This document shows, in pieces, positions 11,049-22,563 of a stretch of DNA of 64,000 nucleotides (its first letter is position 1; every line of letters starts with the position of its first letter). The DNA is taken from positions 19,247-83,246 of the forward strand of contig JBHIAV010000003.1 of NCBI GenBank assembly GCA_046758745.1. Direction: 5' to 3'. The stretch is from Gemmatimonadota bacterium. Lineage in GTDB: Bacteria; Gemmatimonadota; Gemmatimonadetes; Palauibacterales; Palauibacteraceae. The notes below the pieces were generated by a model that saw nothing but the letters and a program-made list of their open reading frames with translations, was not told the DNA's origin and ran no database searches. The translations under genes were made by a program, and so were the position numbers.

Positions 11049-11828
11049 TCAATCCCCTTTCCTCCGGTCCCCTTTCCTCCCGAGTGTCTTCTCCAGGTAG
11101 GCGCGAATCGTATTGTGCGTCCCCGGGTCCTTCCAGGCCGCGGCCACATCCTCCTCACCGGCCGCTCGGGCTCGCTCGATGGCATCGAGGCTCGGCTCGA
11201 GGATCTGGCGCTTGGTGATCTCGAACGCGCGGGCCGGGATCGACGCGAGCTCCGCCGCCACCTCGCACGCCCGGTCGAGCAGGCGCTCCGGAGGGACGAC
11301 CTCGTCGACGAGGCCGCGCCGCTCCGCCACCTCGGGCGTGACCGTATCGCCGCGGTGGATGAGGGCGCGAAAACGTAGCGGCGCGGTGGCCGAGCGGACG
11401 ATCTCGAGCGCCGCCCGCGGAAAGGGGACGCCGACGCGGAGCTCCGGAAGGCCGATCGTCCCCTCTCCCTCGGCCATGATCCGGTAGTCGCACGCAGAGG
11501 CGAGGACGCAGCCGCCGGCGATCGCATGCCCGTTCAGCGCCCCCACGACCGGTCGCGGGAAGGTGAAGAGCCGTAGCATCGCCCGCTCGAGGGCGGGGAG
11601 GAGCGCGGCCACGTAGGGCGCTCCCCGTTCGAGCACCTGGAAGAGGTCGACCCCGGCGGAGAAGATCGAGCCGGTCCCGGTGAGGACCACGGCGCGGTGG
11701 GCCTCCGAGTGCTCGATCGCGTCCAGCTCCCCGACCAATGCCCCGCACAGCTCGAGGTCGAGGGCGCTCGCCTTCCCGTGGGCGAGACGGATACAGGCTA
11801 TCGGCCCTCTGTCATCGCGGACGATCAC
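11049..11828 (-). CDS. Enoyl-CoA hydratase/isomerase family
   Basis: FSAGVDL, NGHAIAGG, GLPELRVG motifs. Confidence 0.92.
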   Translation of the reverse strand: MIVRDDRGPIACIRLAHGKASALDLELCGALVGELDAIEHSEAHRAVVLTGTGSIFSAGVDLFQVLERGAPYVAALLPALERAMLRLFTFPRPVVGALNGHAIAGGCVLASACDYRIMAEGEGTIGLPELRVGVPFPRAALEIVRSATAPLRFRALIHRGDTVTPEVAERRGLVDEVVPPERLLDRACEVAAELASIPARAFEITKRQILEPSLDAIERARAAGEEDVAAAWKDPGTHNTIRAYLEKTLGRKGDRRKGD

Positions 11829-11939
11829 GTGCCCTTACTCCCGGCGGGAGGCTGTGCGCCCGCACCGCCGATCCAGGCGAGGCCAGCCCTCGGGCGGCGT
11901 GGCAGGGACCTCGAACGGAGCCCGGACACCCGACCCTCG

Positions 11940-12698
11940 TCAGCCCTCGGCAGGCTCCGTGGGAACGGGCTCCCAGATGTAGTCGCGATGCGAGCGGATC
12001 ATGTCGCCGAACTGCGTCATGGCGCCCGACTCTTGGAGTCGCTCGACGAAGCCTTCGAAGAAGTCGTCGATCGAATCCCAATCCTTGAAGAAGTAGAGGA
12101 TCTTCCAGTTGTGCTTCCCGCCCGTGTGGTGGCGGAGGACCACCCAACCACCCAGGGTGCCGTTCTCGACGGCCTCATTCAGCGCCGGGGCGGCGACTCC
12201 ATCGAAGAGCTCGTTCCACTCGCCCATCCGGCCGGCCGCCACCTGGAATAGCCCGGTCTGCAAGTAGGCGAACTCTTCACGCGGCGGGGTGTTCGGACCA
12301 ACGCTCCAGATCTCGTCCCGGTGCCCGACCCCGAGCTTCCCCCACTCCTCCCACTCTTCGTCCGACATGCGAGCCCGCATGCGCTCGAAGAAAGCCCCGA
12401 ATCCGGCCTCGATGTCCGACCACTCGTAGAAGCGCAGCGCGCTGCGCCAGTTGTAGTTGTCACCGTACACGTGCGTGAGAGCCGCCCAACCCTGAATCGT
12501 CCCTTCCTCGCGCAGCTCCCCGAGGACCGGCGCCACATGCCGGTAGTAGATCTCCCTCCATGCCGGCATCTGGGAGCTGGGAACCTGGAAGTAGGACTCG
12601 TAGACGATGGAAGGCGATCGTTCCGACGCCTCCTGGGGGAAGGCCGGCGCCGCCGAGAGCGCGAGGGCCGCGGCGAGGATGGGAACCGTGCGTCGCAT
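11940..12698 (-). CDS. Secreted protein with two internally repeated alpha/beta domains
   Basis: Signal peptide. The two about 100-aa halves align (FQVP/FQVA; GTIQGW/GTLGGW; NW..; HRDEIW/HRDYIW). Confidence 0.8.
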   Translation of the reverse strand: MRRTVPILAAALALSAAPAFPQEASERSPSIVYESYFQVPSSQMPAWREIYYRHVAPVLGELREEGTIQGWAALTHVYGDNYNWRSALRFYEWSDIEAGFGAFFERMRARMSDEEWEEWGKLGVGHRDEIWSVGPNTPPREEFAYLQTGLFQVAAGRMGEWNELFDGVAAPALNEAVENGTLGGWVVLRHHTGGKHNWKILYFFKDWDSIDDFFEGFVERLQESGAMTQFGDMIRSHRDYIWEPVPTEPAEG

Positions 12699-12891
12699 GT
12701 GAGCCTCCGGTCAGGTGGAGTTCGCACCATCGGGAACGGGAGAGGAGCGGCAACCTATCTTCCCGCCTCCCGCCGTGAAAGTGGCCTGCAGGGCCGCGCC
12801 GGGAGGCGAGCCCGGGCCGGGGTGGATCCAGCCTACGGCGCCTCGGCCCAGCCTGTGGCCGGCCTCCGCGCACCCCGCGCCCCAGCCGATC

Positions 12892-13971
12892 CTACGCGGC
12901 GTCCACGCGCGCCGCCCGCGCTCGCTCGAGGACCCGCTCGGCCTTCCGCCTCGCCGCGTGCGCGGGAGACTCGCCCGACGCGGCGGCATCGGCGAAGATC
13001 TCCGCCAGGCTGTCCCCGACCCGCACCACTCGGGCGCGAAGCTCCGCGTCGTCCGTCACCCCGCCGTGCATGAGCCCGAACGCGATCGCGCCGCCCGCGT
13101 TGACGATGTAGTCGGGGGCGTACAGAATGCCCCGCTCGTGCAGCCGGTCGGCGTCCGACTCGGATTCGAGCTGGTTGTTCGCCGAGCCTGCCACGATGTG
13201 GCAGCGCATCCGAGGGATGGTCTCCGAATTCACGGTCGCCCCCACGGCGCACGGAGCATACACGTCGCACTCGGCCCCGTATACCTCCTCGGGCGGCACC
13301 ACGCCGGCCCCGATCTCGGCAGCAAGCGCTTCGGCCTTCGCGGCGTCGAGGTCGCTCACCAGGAGCTCGGCGCCGGCTCCGGCGAGAAGCCGCGCGAGGG
13401 GAGCGCCGACGTCCCCGACTCCCTGAACCAGGACCCGCCGCCCTTCGAGGCCCTCGTGCCCCAGTGCGTGTCGGACCGCCACCAGGATGCCGGTGAAGAC
13501 CCCCAGCGCAGTGTACGGTCCCGGGTCCGCGCTCTCTCCCTCGGGGCCCGACTGGCCCATGATGTAGCGGCACTCCTCCGCCATGATCCCCATATCCGAC
13601 GGCGTGGTACCCAGGTCCTCGCCGGTGGCGAAGGCACCGTTCAGCGAATCGACCAGACGGCCGAACCGCCGGAGGAGCGCCTCGCGCTCGGGGCCCACGA
13701 GGGGGTGCGGCACGGCGAGGACGCCCTTCCCACCCCCGAACGGGAAGTCGATCGCCGCCCACTTGTATGTCATCCCCTCGGCGAGCCGCATCGCATCGCG
13801 CAGGCCATCCTCGGGAGTCGGGTAGCTCTTCATTCGGCACCCACCCACCGGCATGCCGAGGGTCGGATCATGCACCGCGATGAAGAACCAGGTCCCCGTG
13901 GCACGGTCGTGGCGGGTCACGACGGCGTGCCCGTCCCACCCTTCGATCAGTGTCCGCATTCGATCGGACAT
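12892..13971 (-). CDS. Glu/Leu/Phe/Val dehydrogenase (leucine dehydrogenase-like)
   Basis: GGCRM, GMTYK, GGGKGV, TGEDLGT, VQGVGDVG, GSANNQL, NAGG motifs. Confidence 0.93.
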   Translation of the reverse strand: MSDRMRTLIEGWDGHAVVTRHDRATGTWFFIAVHDPTLGMPVGGCRMKSYPTPEDGLRDAMRLAEGMTYKWAAIDFPFGGGKGVLAVPHPLVGPEREALLRRFGRLVDSLNGAFATGEDLGTTPSDMGIMAEECRYIMGQSGPEGESADPGPYTALGVFTGILVAVRHALGHEGLEGRRVLVQGVGDVGAPLARLLAGAGAELLVSDLDAAKAEALAAEIGAGVVPPEEVYGAECDVYAPCAVGATVNSETIPRMRCHIVAGSANNQLESESDADRLHERGILYAPDYIVNAGGAIAFGLMHGGVTDDAELRARVVRVGDSLAEIFADAAASGESPAHAARRKAERVLERARAARVDAA

Positions 13972-14042
13972 CCGGTTCCCTTCTGTTTCTTGGCGTGAGC
14001 CGCCTCGAGCCGGGGCGGCGACCCGCGGTCCCGCCCCGCTTG

Positions 14043-14843
14043 CTAGGCGACCGCCGGACCTGCCGCGCCCGCGGGCTTCACCGCGTAACCCATGAACAGC
14101 ACGGACTTGTCCTCGCTCTCTCCGAGATCCATGCGACGCGTCGCCTCCACATATGTGAGCCGACCGCGCTTTCGCGCGCGCAACGCACGGATCGTCCCCA
14201 AGGGATTCGCCCGTGGCCTGAGCCCTGTGAGGCCGCGAGGCTCCAAACCATGCCTGGTGAGCAGCGCCTGCAGCTCCCTCGGTTTGATGAACATTCGCCA
14301 GTCATGGAGGTGCGGCGGCATGAAGCTCGTCCAGCTCCATTCCTGAAAGAGCTTGATCACGATCAGCTTGCTTTGGAAGGTCCGGTTGATCGTGTCGTAC
14401 AGATAGACGCCACCTGCCCTGAGCACCCGGGCGCTTTCCGCGATGACCTGCTCCAGGTCGTCTACATGCTCCAGCACGTCGCAGCAGTACACGATGTCGA
14501 ACGCAGCGTCCTCGAATGGAAGGGCTTCACCGCTACCGTGCCGGTAGTTTATCTCGCGCCCCACCTGCGCGGCGTGAGCCCGCGCGGCAGCCAAGGATTT
14601 TTCGGAGGGATCGACGCCGGTTACGGCGCACCCGAGTCCCGCGAACTCCTCGGCAAGAATCCCGCCTCCGCACCCGACGTCCAGCGCCTTCAAGCCCTTG
14701 ACGTCAAGCCCGAGATCCTCGAGTAGAACCCTTCGCATGTAGCCGAACCGGCCTGGATTCAGCGCCTTCAGAACATGGAGGAATCCGGCCTCGTCCCACC
14801 ACGTGTCCGACAACCTATCGTAGAGCTCGTTATCGACGGGCAT
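14043..14843 (-). CDS. UbiG-like SAM-dependent O-methyltransferase
   Basis: WWDE, LNPGRFGY, LDVGCGGGILAE, CCDVLEHV, DTINRT, FIKP motifs. Confidence 0.85.
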   Translation of the reverse strand: MPVDNELYDRLSDTWWDEAGFLHVLKALNPGRFGYMRRVLLEDLGLDVKGLKALDVGCGGGILAEEFAGLGCAVTGVDPSEKSLAAARAHAAQVGREINYRHGSGEALPFEDAAFDIVYCCDVLEHVDDLEQVIAESARVLRAGGVYLYDTINRTFQSKLIVIKLFQEWSWTSFMPPHLHDWRMFIKPRELQALLTRHGLEPRGLTGLRPRANPLGTIRALRARKRGRLTYVEATRRMDLGESEDKSVLFMGYAVKPAGAAGPAVA

Positions 14844-14995
14844 GACAGCCTACTCCGACGCTCTCGACCCTCAGCCGGCCGGTCATCGACTCGCCTCCTC
14901 GGCTTCCCAGGAACCCGAAGTGACGGCCGTCACCCGCCGGACAGAGTCTTGATTCATCCCGGCGCGGCGACCAGAGGACGGACCCGCTCCTCGTC

Positions 14996-15502
14996 TCAGG
15001 GCGTCCTCCCGAGCCTCTCGGAGAGGGCATTCAGATACCGGCGCAGCGTACCATCGTAACCAAACACGAAGCGGGCCATGAAGCGGAAGATCGGGTTGTA
15101 GATCTCTCCCTTCTCGGTGATGGTGACCCGGGTGCCGGTTCCTTCCGGAACGAGGTCGTACGTCCAGCTCCCGCCGAAGGGCAGCTCTGGATCGGCGATC
15201 ACGGTCACCATGTGGCGCGGGGGATCGATCTCGGTCACCTCGTACGTCAGCCGTCCCTGCCTTCCGACCTCGACCCACACGGGATGTCCGTTGCGGTCGG
15301 GAAGGCGTTCCATCCGCTTCACACCGGGTCGCCACGCGGGCGCCTCCTCGAACGCCGTGATCACCGCCCACACCTCCTCGGGCGGGGCGTCGAGGGTCGC
15401 GCTGCCGGAGGCCACGTGTCTTTCCGGGAGGAGCGCCCCCACGATCCCGACCACGCTGACGAGCGCGACGACAAAGGCGATCGCGATGAGAACCCACTTC
15501 AT
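14996..15502 (-). CDS. SRPBCC (START-like) family protein with N-terminal TM
   Basis: PPEEVWAVIT, GGSWTY, TRVTITE pattern. Confidence 0.85.
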   Translation of the reverse strand: MKWVLIAIAFVVALVSVVGIVGALLPERHVASGSATLDAPPEEVWAVITAFEEAPAWRPGVKRMERLPDRNGHPVWVEVGRQGRLTYEVTEIDPPRHMVTVIADPELPFGGSWTYDLVPEGTGTRVTITEKGEIYNPIFRFMARFVFGYDGTLRRYLNALSERLGRTP

Positions 15503-15568
15503 GACGTGTCACCCCTTTCTTCGATGGGCGTCTTCCAGCTTTGGCCTCCCGGCTCCTCGGGCGGCCCG

Positions 15569-16063
15569 TCACCCGCCGCGTGCCAGCCGTACAGCCGTTA
15601 CCACGAGACCGATCCCGATGATCGCGCTCAGGCGAGCCAGCCACGCCGCGCGTCTCCGGAGGGACGCCGCGAGCGGAGTGCCGGGCTCGACCCGAGAGGC
15701 GCGGGGTCCGATCGCGAAGTCATGCAACGCCTGAAGGACGAGCATCGCGACGACCGCAGCCAGCTTCCATGCGAGGGCCCGGCCATACGCCGTGGACCAG
15801 AACGCCGCCTCGCCGAGCAGCTCCCAGCGGAGGATCTCCCGGAAGTGGAGGTTGGCCGTCCCGGTGACGAGCAGGACGACGACCGCGATCCACCCGGCGA
15901 GCCGGTAGCGCTCACCGAGCGATCGAAAGAGCTCGGCGCGCAGAGACTCCGGTTCCACCCGGCGGAGCACGGGCGCGCCGACGGCGGCGAGGAAGAACAT
16001 GCCGCCGAGCCAGAAGAGGGCGGCGAGGAGGTGGAGCGTGACGCTCAGTTGATAGAGCGACAC
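15569..16063 (-). CDS. CopD/DUF4149-like 4-TM membrane protein
   Basis: HLLAALFWLGG, VTG, WKL, HDF..GP motifs. Confidence 0.75.
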   Translation of the reverse strand: MSLYQLSVTLHLLAALFWLGGMFFLAAVGAPVLRRVEPESLRAELFRSLGERYRLAGWIAVVVLLVTGTANLHFREILRWELLGEAAFWSTAYGRALAWKLAAVVAMLVLQALHDFAIGPRASRVEPGTPLAASLRRRAAWLARLSAIIGIGLVVTAVRLARGG

Positions 16064-16160
16064 GCCGGCGCTCTCTTCCCGATCGGCCGGAGCGGAGCCA
16101 CCGCTCCCTCACCTCTCACCTTCGACTCCTCGGAGGGTGATCTCCCGGCTCGCCCACTCT

Positions 16161-16826
16161 TCACACGGGCCACTCCTCCCCGCGCCAGCACATCTCCCAG
16201 AACCGCCACTCGTAACGGCTCGAGAGGACGAAGAGATCGGTCAGACGCCGGCGCTTCTCCGACCCCACCCCCTCGACGACCCGGTTCGTCTCGGCCTGCA
16301 GCCACTCCGATGCCTCGCAGAACTCCCGGGAGGTGTACTGCGCGATCCAGTCGGCGTACCGCTGATCGGCCGGGGGGCTCGATTCGGCGAGATGGGCAGC
16401 GATGTGCGCGTAACCCCACGCGCAGGGGAGGAGAGCGGCGAGGAGATCCGCCATGTCCCCATCTGCCGCCGTGCGAACCAGAAAGTCCGTGTACGCCCGG
16501 GTCGTCGGCCACATGGGCTCGGCCTCCAGCTCCTCGGCCGAGATCCCGAAGCGGGCCGCGTATTTCCGGTGCAGCTCCATCTCCGTGTTCAGGGTGAGAT
16601 GGAGGGCGGCGGCGAACCAGCCCATGGACTCCAGCCGGTCCGCCTTCGCGGCCCCCCATGCGAAGATGCGCGCGAACTCCTTGAGGTACAGGTAGTCCTG
16701 CCTCACCCATCGGCCGAACAGCCCCTCGTCCAGCGTTCCGTCGCCGATCCCGACGACGAAGGGATGGCGGAGCTGGGCCTCCCAGATGGGCCGCGCGGCC
16801 TTCAACAGCTGGTCGGTGAACGCCAC
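16161..16826 (-). CDS. tenA: Thiaminase II / aminopyrimidine aminohydrolase (TenA_C type)
   Basis: HPFV..IGDG, QDYLYL, catalytic Cys in LLPCAWGY, YEWRFWEM. Confidence 0.93.
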   Translation of the reverse strand: MAFTDQLLKAARPIWEAQLRHPFVVGIGDGTLDEGLFGRWVRQDYLYLKEFARIFAWGAAKADRLESMGWFAAALHLTLNTEMELHRKYAARFGISAEELEAEPMWPTTRAYTDFLVRTAADGDMADLLAALLPCAWGYAHIAAHLAESSPPADQRYADWIAQYTSREFCEASEWLQAETNRVVEGVGSEKRRRLTDLFVLSSRYEWRFWEMCWRGEEWPV

Positions 16827-16829
16827 CCC

Positions 16830-17534
16830 TCAGCCGCGCGTCGGAACGGGGCGCACGCCCGCGGCGGCGAGCCCCGGGAAGGACTCGAGGCCCGGCCAGC
16901 TCTCGCCCTGCATGGCGAGCTCCCAGAAGGCCACCTCGTACTTCGTCGTCACCTCGAACAGGTCGGCCATCCGGGCGCGCGCGGCGGGTCCGACCTCCCC
17001 CGCCAGCGTGTCCAGCTCCCCCTCCAGGTACATGACGTACTCGCGAAACGACTCCCCACCCCACTTCTCGACGAACGGGTACCAGGACGAGGACGGATCG
17101 ATGCCCTCCTTCACCACGCGCCACGAATCGTGGTACGCCTTCTCGGCCACATAGTACACGGTGTACGCCTCCGCGTAGCTCGCCGCATACGCCGTGGCGA
17201 TGAGGAACTGCACGTACGCATGACAGATGAAGGAGGGGGGCGTGCCCTTGAGCTCGACTCCGAGCGCGGACGCGCGCTCCTCGAACAGACGGAGCTCCTG
17301 ATGGAGCGCGGCCAACGCGTTCGTCAGCGGCTCACGATGCCGCGCGGGAGCGCGGGGGATGAGCGCCGCCGTGAAGGGGATGGCCGCCTCGACGAAGAGG
17401 TAGTCCTGGCGCATCCAGGTGGCGAACTTCTCGGGGGGGAGGGTCCCGTCACGCGTCTCGCGCAGGAACGGGTGGGCCAGCATGAAGTCCCACAGCGGCC
17501 TGAGCCGCTCGAGCTGCTCGGCGCAGAATCCCAT
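16830..17534 (-). CDS. TenA family paralog lacking the catalytic Cys (TenA_E type)
   Basis: HPFL..DG, QDYLF, EKAYHDSW, YEVAFWELA; no Cys at the TenA_C position. Confidence 0.88.
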   Translation of the reverse strand: MGFCAEQLERLRPLWDFMLAHPFLRETRDGTLPPEKFATWMRQDYLFVEAAIPFTAALIPRAPARHREPLTNALAALHQELRLFEERASALGVELKGTPPSFICHAYVQFLIATAYAASYAEAYTVYYVAEKAYHDSWRVVKEGIDPSSSWYPFVEKWGGESFREYVMYLEGELDTLAGEVGPAARARMADLFEVTTKYEVAFWELAMQGESWPGLESFPGLAAAGVRPVPTRG

Positions 17535-17540
17535 GTTCGA

Positions 17541-17589
17541 CTCCCTCCGCCGGCATTACCCGGGCAGGTTCAAAGGGTGTGATCTCAGC
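17541..17589 (-). promoter_or_regulatory. TPP riboswitch, 3' portion only (J3/2, P2', P4, P5, P1')
   Basis: Minus strand reads GCTGAGATCACACCCTTTGAACCTGCCCGGGTAATGCCGGCGGAGGGAG directly before the TenA ATG. No GGGG/GGGTG 5' strand upstream. Confidence 0.8.
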
Positions 17590-17595
17590 GGGCGG

Positions 17596-17624
17596 ATCAT
17601 ACCGGCAGGGGCGCGTGGTGAAAA
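17596..17624 (-). promoter_or_regulatory. Putative sigma70 promoter for the tenA operon
   Basis: TTTTCA-N17-TATGAT on the minus strand. Confidence 0.5.
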
Positions 17625-17716
17625 GGAGCCTGGAGGACTTCCGAGCGTTGGCCGGCCTGCCGCGACCGGCGCTACATTGGGTGCGAAACTTTCCGACCGT
17701 CAGCGGGAGGAGAGCC

Positions 17717-18274
17717 ATGCGACTGGAAGGAAAGCGCGTCGCGTACCTGGTCGAGGAAGGCTTCGAGGACCTCGAGTTCTGGGTGCCCGTGATGCGGCTG
17801 CGCGAGGAAGGCGCGGAAGTGGTGGTCGTGGGAACGGGTCGGCAGGAATCGTTCCGTGGCAAGCATTGTCTGAAGGCGACCCCCGACACCACGGCGGATG
17901 ACGTGCGGGCGGAGGACTTCGACGCGGTGGTGATCCCGGGCGGATGGGCCCCCGACAAGTTGCGGCGATTCGAGAGCGTCCTCAGGCTCGTGCGCCAGGC
18001 AGCCGAGCTGGACCGGGTGGTGGGCGCGATCTGCCACGCCGGATCGGTTCCGATCAGCGCCGGGATCGTGCGCGGCCGCCGGGCCACCGGTTCCACGGGA
18101 ATCAAGGACGACCTCGAGAACGCCGGCGCGATGTGGATCGACGAGCCCGCGTTTCGCGACGGCAACTTCGTGTGGGGGCGCGTGGTGGAGGACATCCCCG
18201 ACTTCTGCCGGGAGCTGGTCCGGGCGATCGCCACGCACGTGCCGAGCGCTCCACGGGCCCAGGCGGTCGGTTGA
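17717..18274 (+). CDS. PfpI/DJ-1 family (type 1 glutamine amidotransferase-like)
   Basis: GFEDLE, VIPGGWAPDKLR, AICHAG, VWGR; SD ggagg before ATG 17717. Confidence 0.92.
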   Translation: MRLEGKRVAYLVEEGFEDLEFWVPVMRLREEGAEVVVVGTGRQESFRGKHCLKATPDTTADDVRAEDFDAVVIPGGWAPDKLRRFESVLRLVRQAAELDRVVGAICHAGSVPISAGIVRGRRATGSTGIKDDLENAGAMWIDEPAFRDGNFVWGRVVEDIPDFCRELVRAIATHVPSAPRAQAVG

Positions 18275-18461
18275 GCTGAGGCCGAGCCGCCGCCTATCCG
18301 GCCTCCGGTACGGGATCGCCGGCTCCGTACTGCCGCGCAACCGACGAGCCGCCGCCCTTACCCCTCCTTCTTCTAGGCCTCCGGATCGGCCTTCGCGTCC
18401 GTCGCCCGCGGCGGCCCGGCGCTGGACACGAGCACCGACGGATCGGCTCTCGCCTGCGACA

Positions 18462-19210
18462 TCAGCCTCCCTTCCCCAGAACGGCCAGAAGGTAGTCCCG
18501 GTTCAGCCGGGCGATGTAGTCGACGCTGATCTCTTTCGGGCAGGCGTTCTGGCAGGCCCCGTGGTTGGTGCAGTTGCCGAAGCGCTCCCGATCCATCTGG
18601 AGGACCATCTCCAGCACCCGGTCGTAGCGCTCCGGCTGTCCCTGCGGGAGCAGACCCAGGTGGGTGACCTTCGCCGAGGTGAAGAGCATCGCTGAAGCGT
18701 TGGGACACGCCGCCACGCATGCCCCGCAGCCGATGCAGGTCGCGGCGTCGAACGCCCGGTCCGCGTCCTCCTTACCCACCGGGATGGCGTTCGCGTCGGG
18801 AGCGCTCCCGGCGCGCACGGAGATGTACCCGCCCACCTGGATAATCCGGTCGAAGGCGCTCCGGTCGACCACGAGGTCCTTCACCACGGGGAAGGCGGCG
18901 GCGCGCCACGGTTCGAGCCACAGCTCGTCGCCGTCCCGATAGTGACGCATGTGGAGCTGGCACACAGTGGTGGCGGGGAGGGGCCCGTGCGGCCGGCCGT
19001 CGATCACGAAGCCGCACGAGCCGCAGATCCCCTCGCGGCAGTCGTGGTCGAAGGCGATCGGCTCCTCGTCCCGCTCCACGATCTCCTCGTTCACCACGTC
19101 CAGCATCTCGAGGAAGGACATGTCGGGACTCACCCCGCTCGCCTCGTAGGTGACGAAGCGTCCCTCCGCCGCGGGGCCGGCCTGGCGCCACACGTGCAGG
19201 GTGAGGCGCA

Positions 19211-19211
<1 letters not shown>
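18462..19211 (-). CDS. sdhB: Succinate dehydrogenase/fumarate reductase Fe-S subunit
   Basis: [33 protein letters not shown]; start trimmed to ATG 19211. Confidence 0.96.
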
Positions 19212-21124
<1,913 letters not shown>

Positions 21125-21139
21125 CTCGCGTCTTCCCGC

Positions 21140-21817
21140 TTACCGGACGATGCCCGCGAGGACCGCGGCCGGACCCGAGAGGAACCCCGCGACGATGAGT
21201 ATCGCTAGCGCCGCGGCGAGCGGTCGGCGGTGACGGTTGTACCGGGGGTGGTTGGCGCCGAGCGTCTGAAAGCCGCTCCACACGCCGTGGTAGACGTGGA
21301 GTCCCAGGAAGATCATGGCGGCCGCGTAGGCCAGCGCCACCGGCCATGTCTGGAAGCCGGTCACGAAGTTGTGGTAGGCGTCACCCGGGATGAAGTCGCG
21401 GTGCGCGGTCCCCCACGTGAAGTGCATCAGGTGGTAGATGACGAAGGCCGTGATGATGACGCCACCCCAACGCATGGTTCGCGACGCATAGCTGAATTCG
21501 ATCGACTCGGTTTTCCGGTATCCGACCGGGCGCGCCGCGTGGCTCATCCGCGAGAGCTGGATGGCGGCCGCGATGTGGATCGTCACCGACACCAGCAGGA
21601 CGATCCGAAGGATCCACAGGAGCTGGCCGTGGCCGAAGATCGGATAGCCCGCCTCGCGGAGGAACTCGGCGTACGCGTTGAACTTCTCAGGCCCCTGGAA
21701 GACCTTGAGATTGCCGAGCATGTGGACGACGACGAACCCGACGAAGAGGTACCCGGTGATCGCCATCGCCGCCTTCTTGCCGACCGAGCTGCCGTACACA
21801 GAAAGGACCCGGCGCAT
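21140..21817 (-). CDS. sdhC: Succinate dehydrogenase cytochrome b subunit
   Basis: SSVGKK.MAITG, VHMLGN, HLMHFT, LHVYHG; five TM segments. Confidence 0.93.
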   Translation of the reverse strand: MRRVLSVYGSSVGKKAAMAITGYLFVGFVVVHMLGNLKVFQGPEKFNAYAEFLREAGYPIFGHGQLLWILRIVLLVSVTIHIAAAIQLSRMSHAARPVGYRKTESIEFSYASRTMRWGGVIITAFVIYHLMHFTWGTAHRDFIPGDAYHNFVTGFQTWPVALAYAAAMIFLGLHVYHGVWSGFQTLGANHPRYNRHRRPLAAALAILIVAGFLSGPAAVLAGIVR

Positions 21818-21909
21818 TACCACTCGCTTCGTTGGGGAATGAGCCGGGGGGACAATATCGAGGGCCACGGACCGCAACAAGCAGCCGCCGAGGAGGACGA
21901 GGGACGCCG

Positions 21910-22293
21910 TCAGCTCTCCCAGTAGCGGGCCTTTCGCGGGAGGATCCCCCTCAGCCCGCCGGTGGGATCCGGCACATCTCCCAGGTGGCGCGGGATGACA
22001 TGGATGTGGGCGTGCTGGATCGTCTGTCCGGCCGCGAGCCCGTCGTTGATCCCGATGGTGAAGCCATCGGGCCTGAGGTCGGCGGCGAGCCGTCCCCTGA
22101 CCTCCGCCACCAGCTCCCAGATCGCCGCCTGCTCTCCCCTCGGTAGCTCGTAGAAGCCCTCGACGTGGCGCTTGGGCACGACGAGGGTATGGCCCTCTGT
22201 CGCCGGATAGAGGTCGGGCACGGCGACGGCCTCTTCCGTCTCGATCCAGATGCGCTCGTCCGGCAGCGGGCAAAAGGGACAATCGCTGTCCAT
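21910..22293 (-). CDS. HIT family hydrolase
   Basis: CPFC, GHTLVVP, GQTIQHAHIHVIPR. Confidence 0.93.
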   Translation of the reverse strand: MDSDCPFCPLPDERIWIETEEAVAVPDLYPATEGHTLVVPKRHVEGFYELPRGEQAAIWELVAEVRGRLAADLRPDGFTIGINDGLAAGQTIQHAHIHVIPRHLGDVPDPTGGLRGILPRKARYWES

Positions 22294-22563
22294 ACCAACC
22301 TCGAAGAGACCGGAGCCACGGGGGAAGCGGAGCGAGGCGCTCCGACGCTCCGCTCACACCAACCTACCACCCCGCCCGTGCCTCGTCACCGGGAACGTCG
22401 GGGCGTCCGGAATGGTTTACCGCCGCACGCCGCTCGCAACGGAACGCGTGCGGGAGGTTTCGAGGCCGCGTAGTTTCGTTCTTCCCGTCTCGCTCCCGTA
22501 AGAAGCCGGCCCGCCGGGGGATAGAGTCGGGCGCAGGATCCCCGCGTGGGCCAAGGAGGCCGT

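Noticed and set aside
14043-14843. UbiG-like gene as evidence of ubiquinone synthesis
   Set aside because: No other ubi genes in the window; UbiG-like methyltransferases occur widely without that pathway.
17606-17614. CAGGGGCGC on the plus strand as an inverted 5' half of the TPP aptamer
   Set aside because: It resembles the usual 5' segment, but there is no matching P1/P3 context or inversion boundary, and such a 9-mer is likely by chance at this GC.
18373-18462. 29-aa ORF coupled to the sdhB stop (TGATG)
   Set aside because: The apparent SD is just the terminal Gly-Gly codons with 3-nt spacing; the peptide is featureless.
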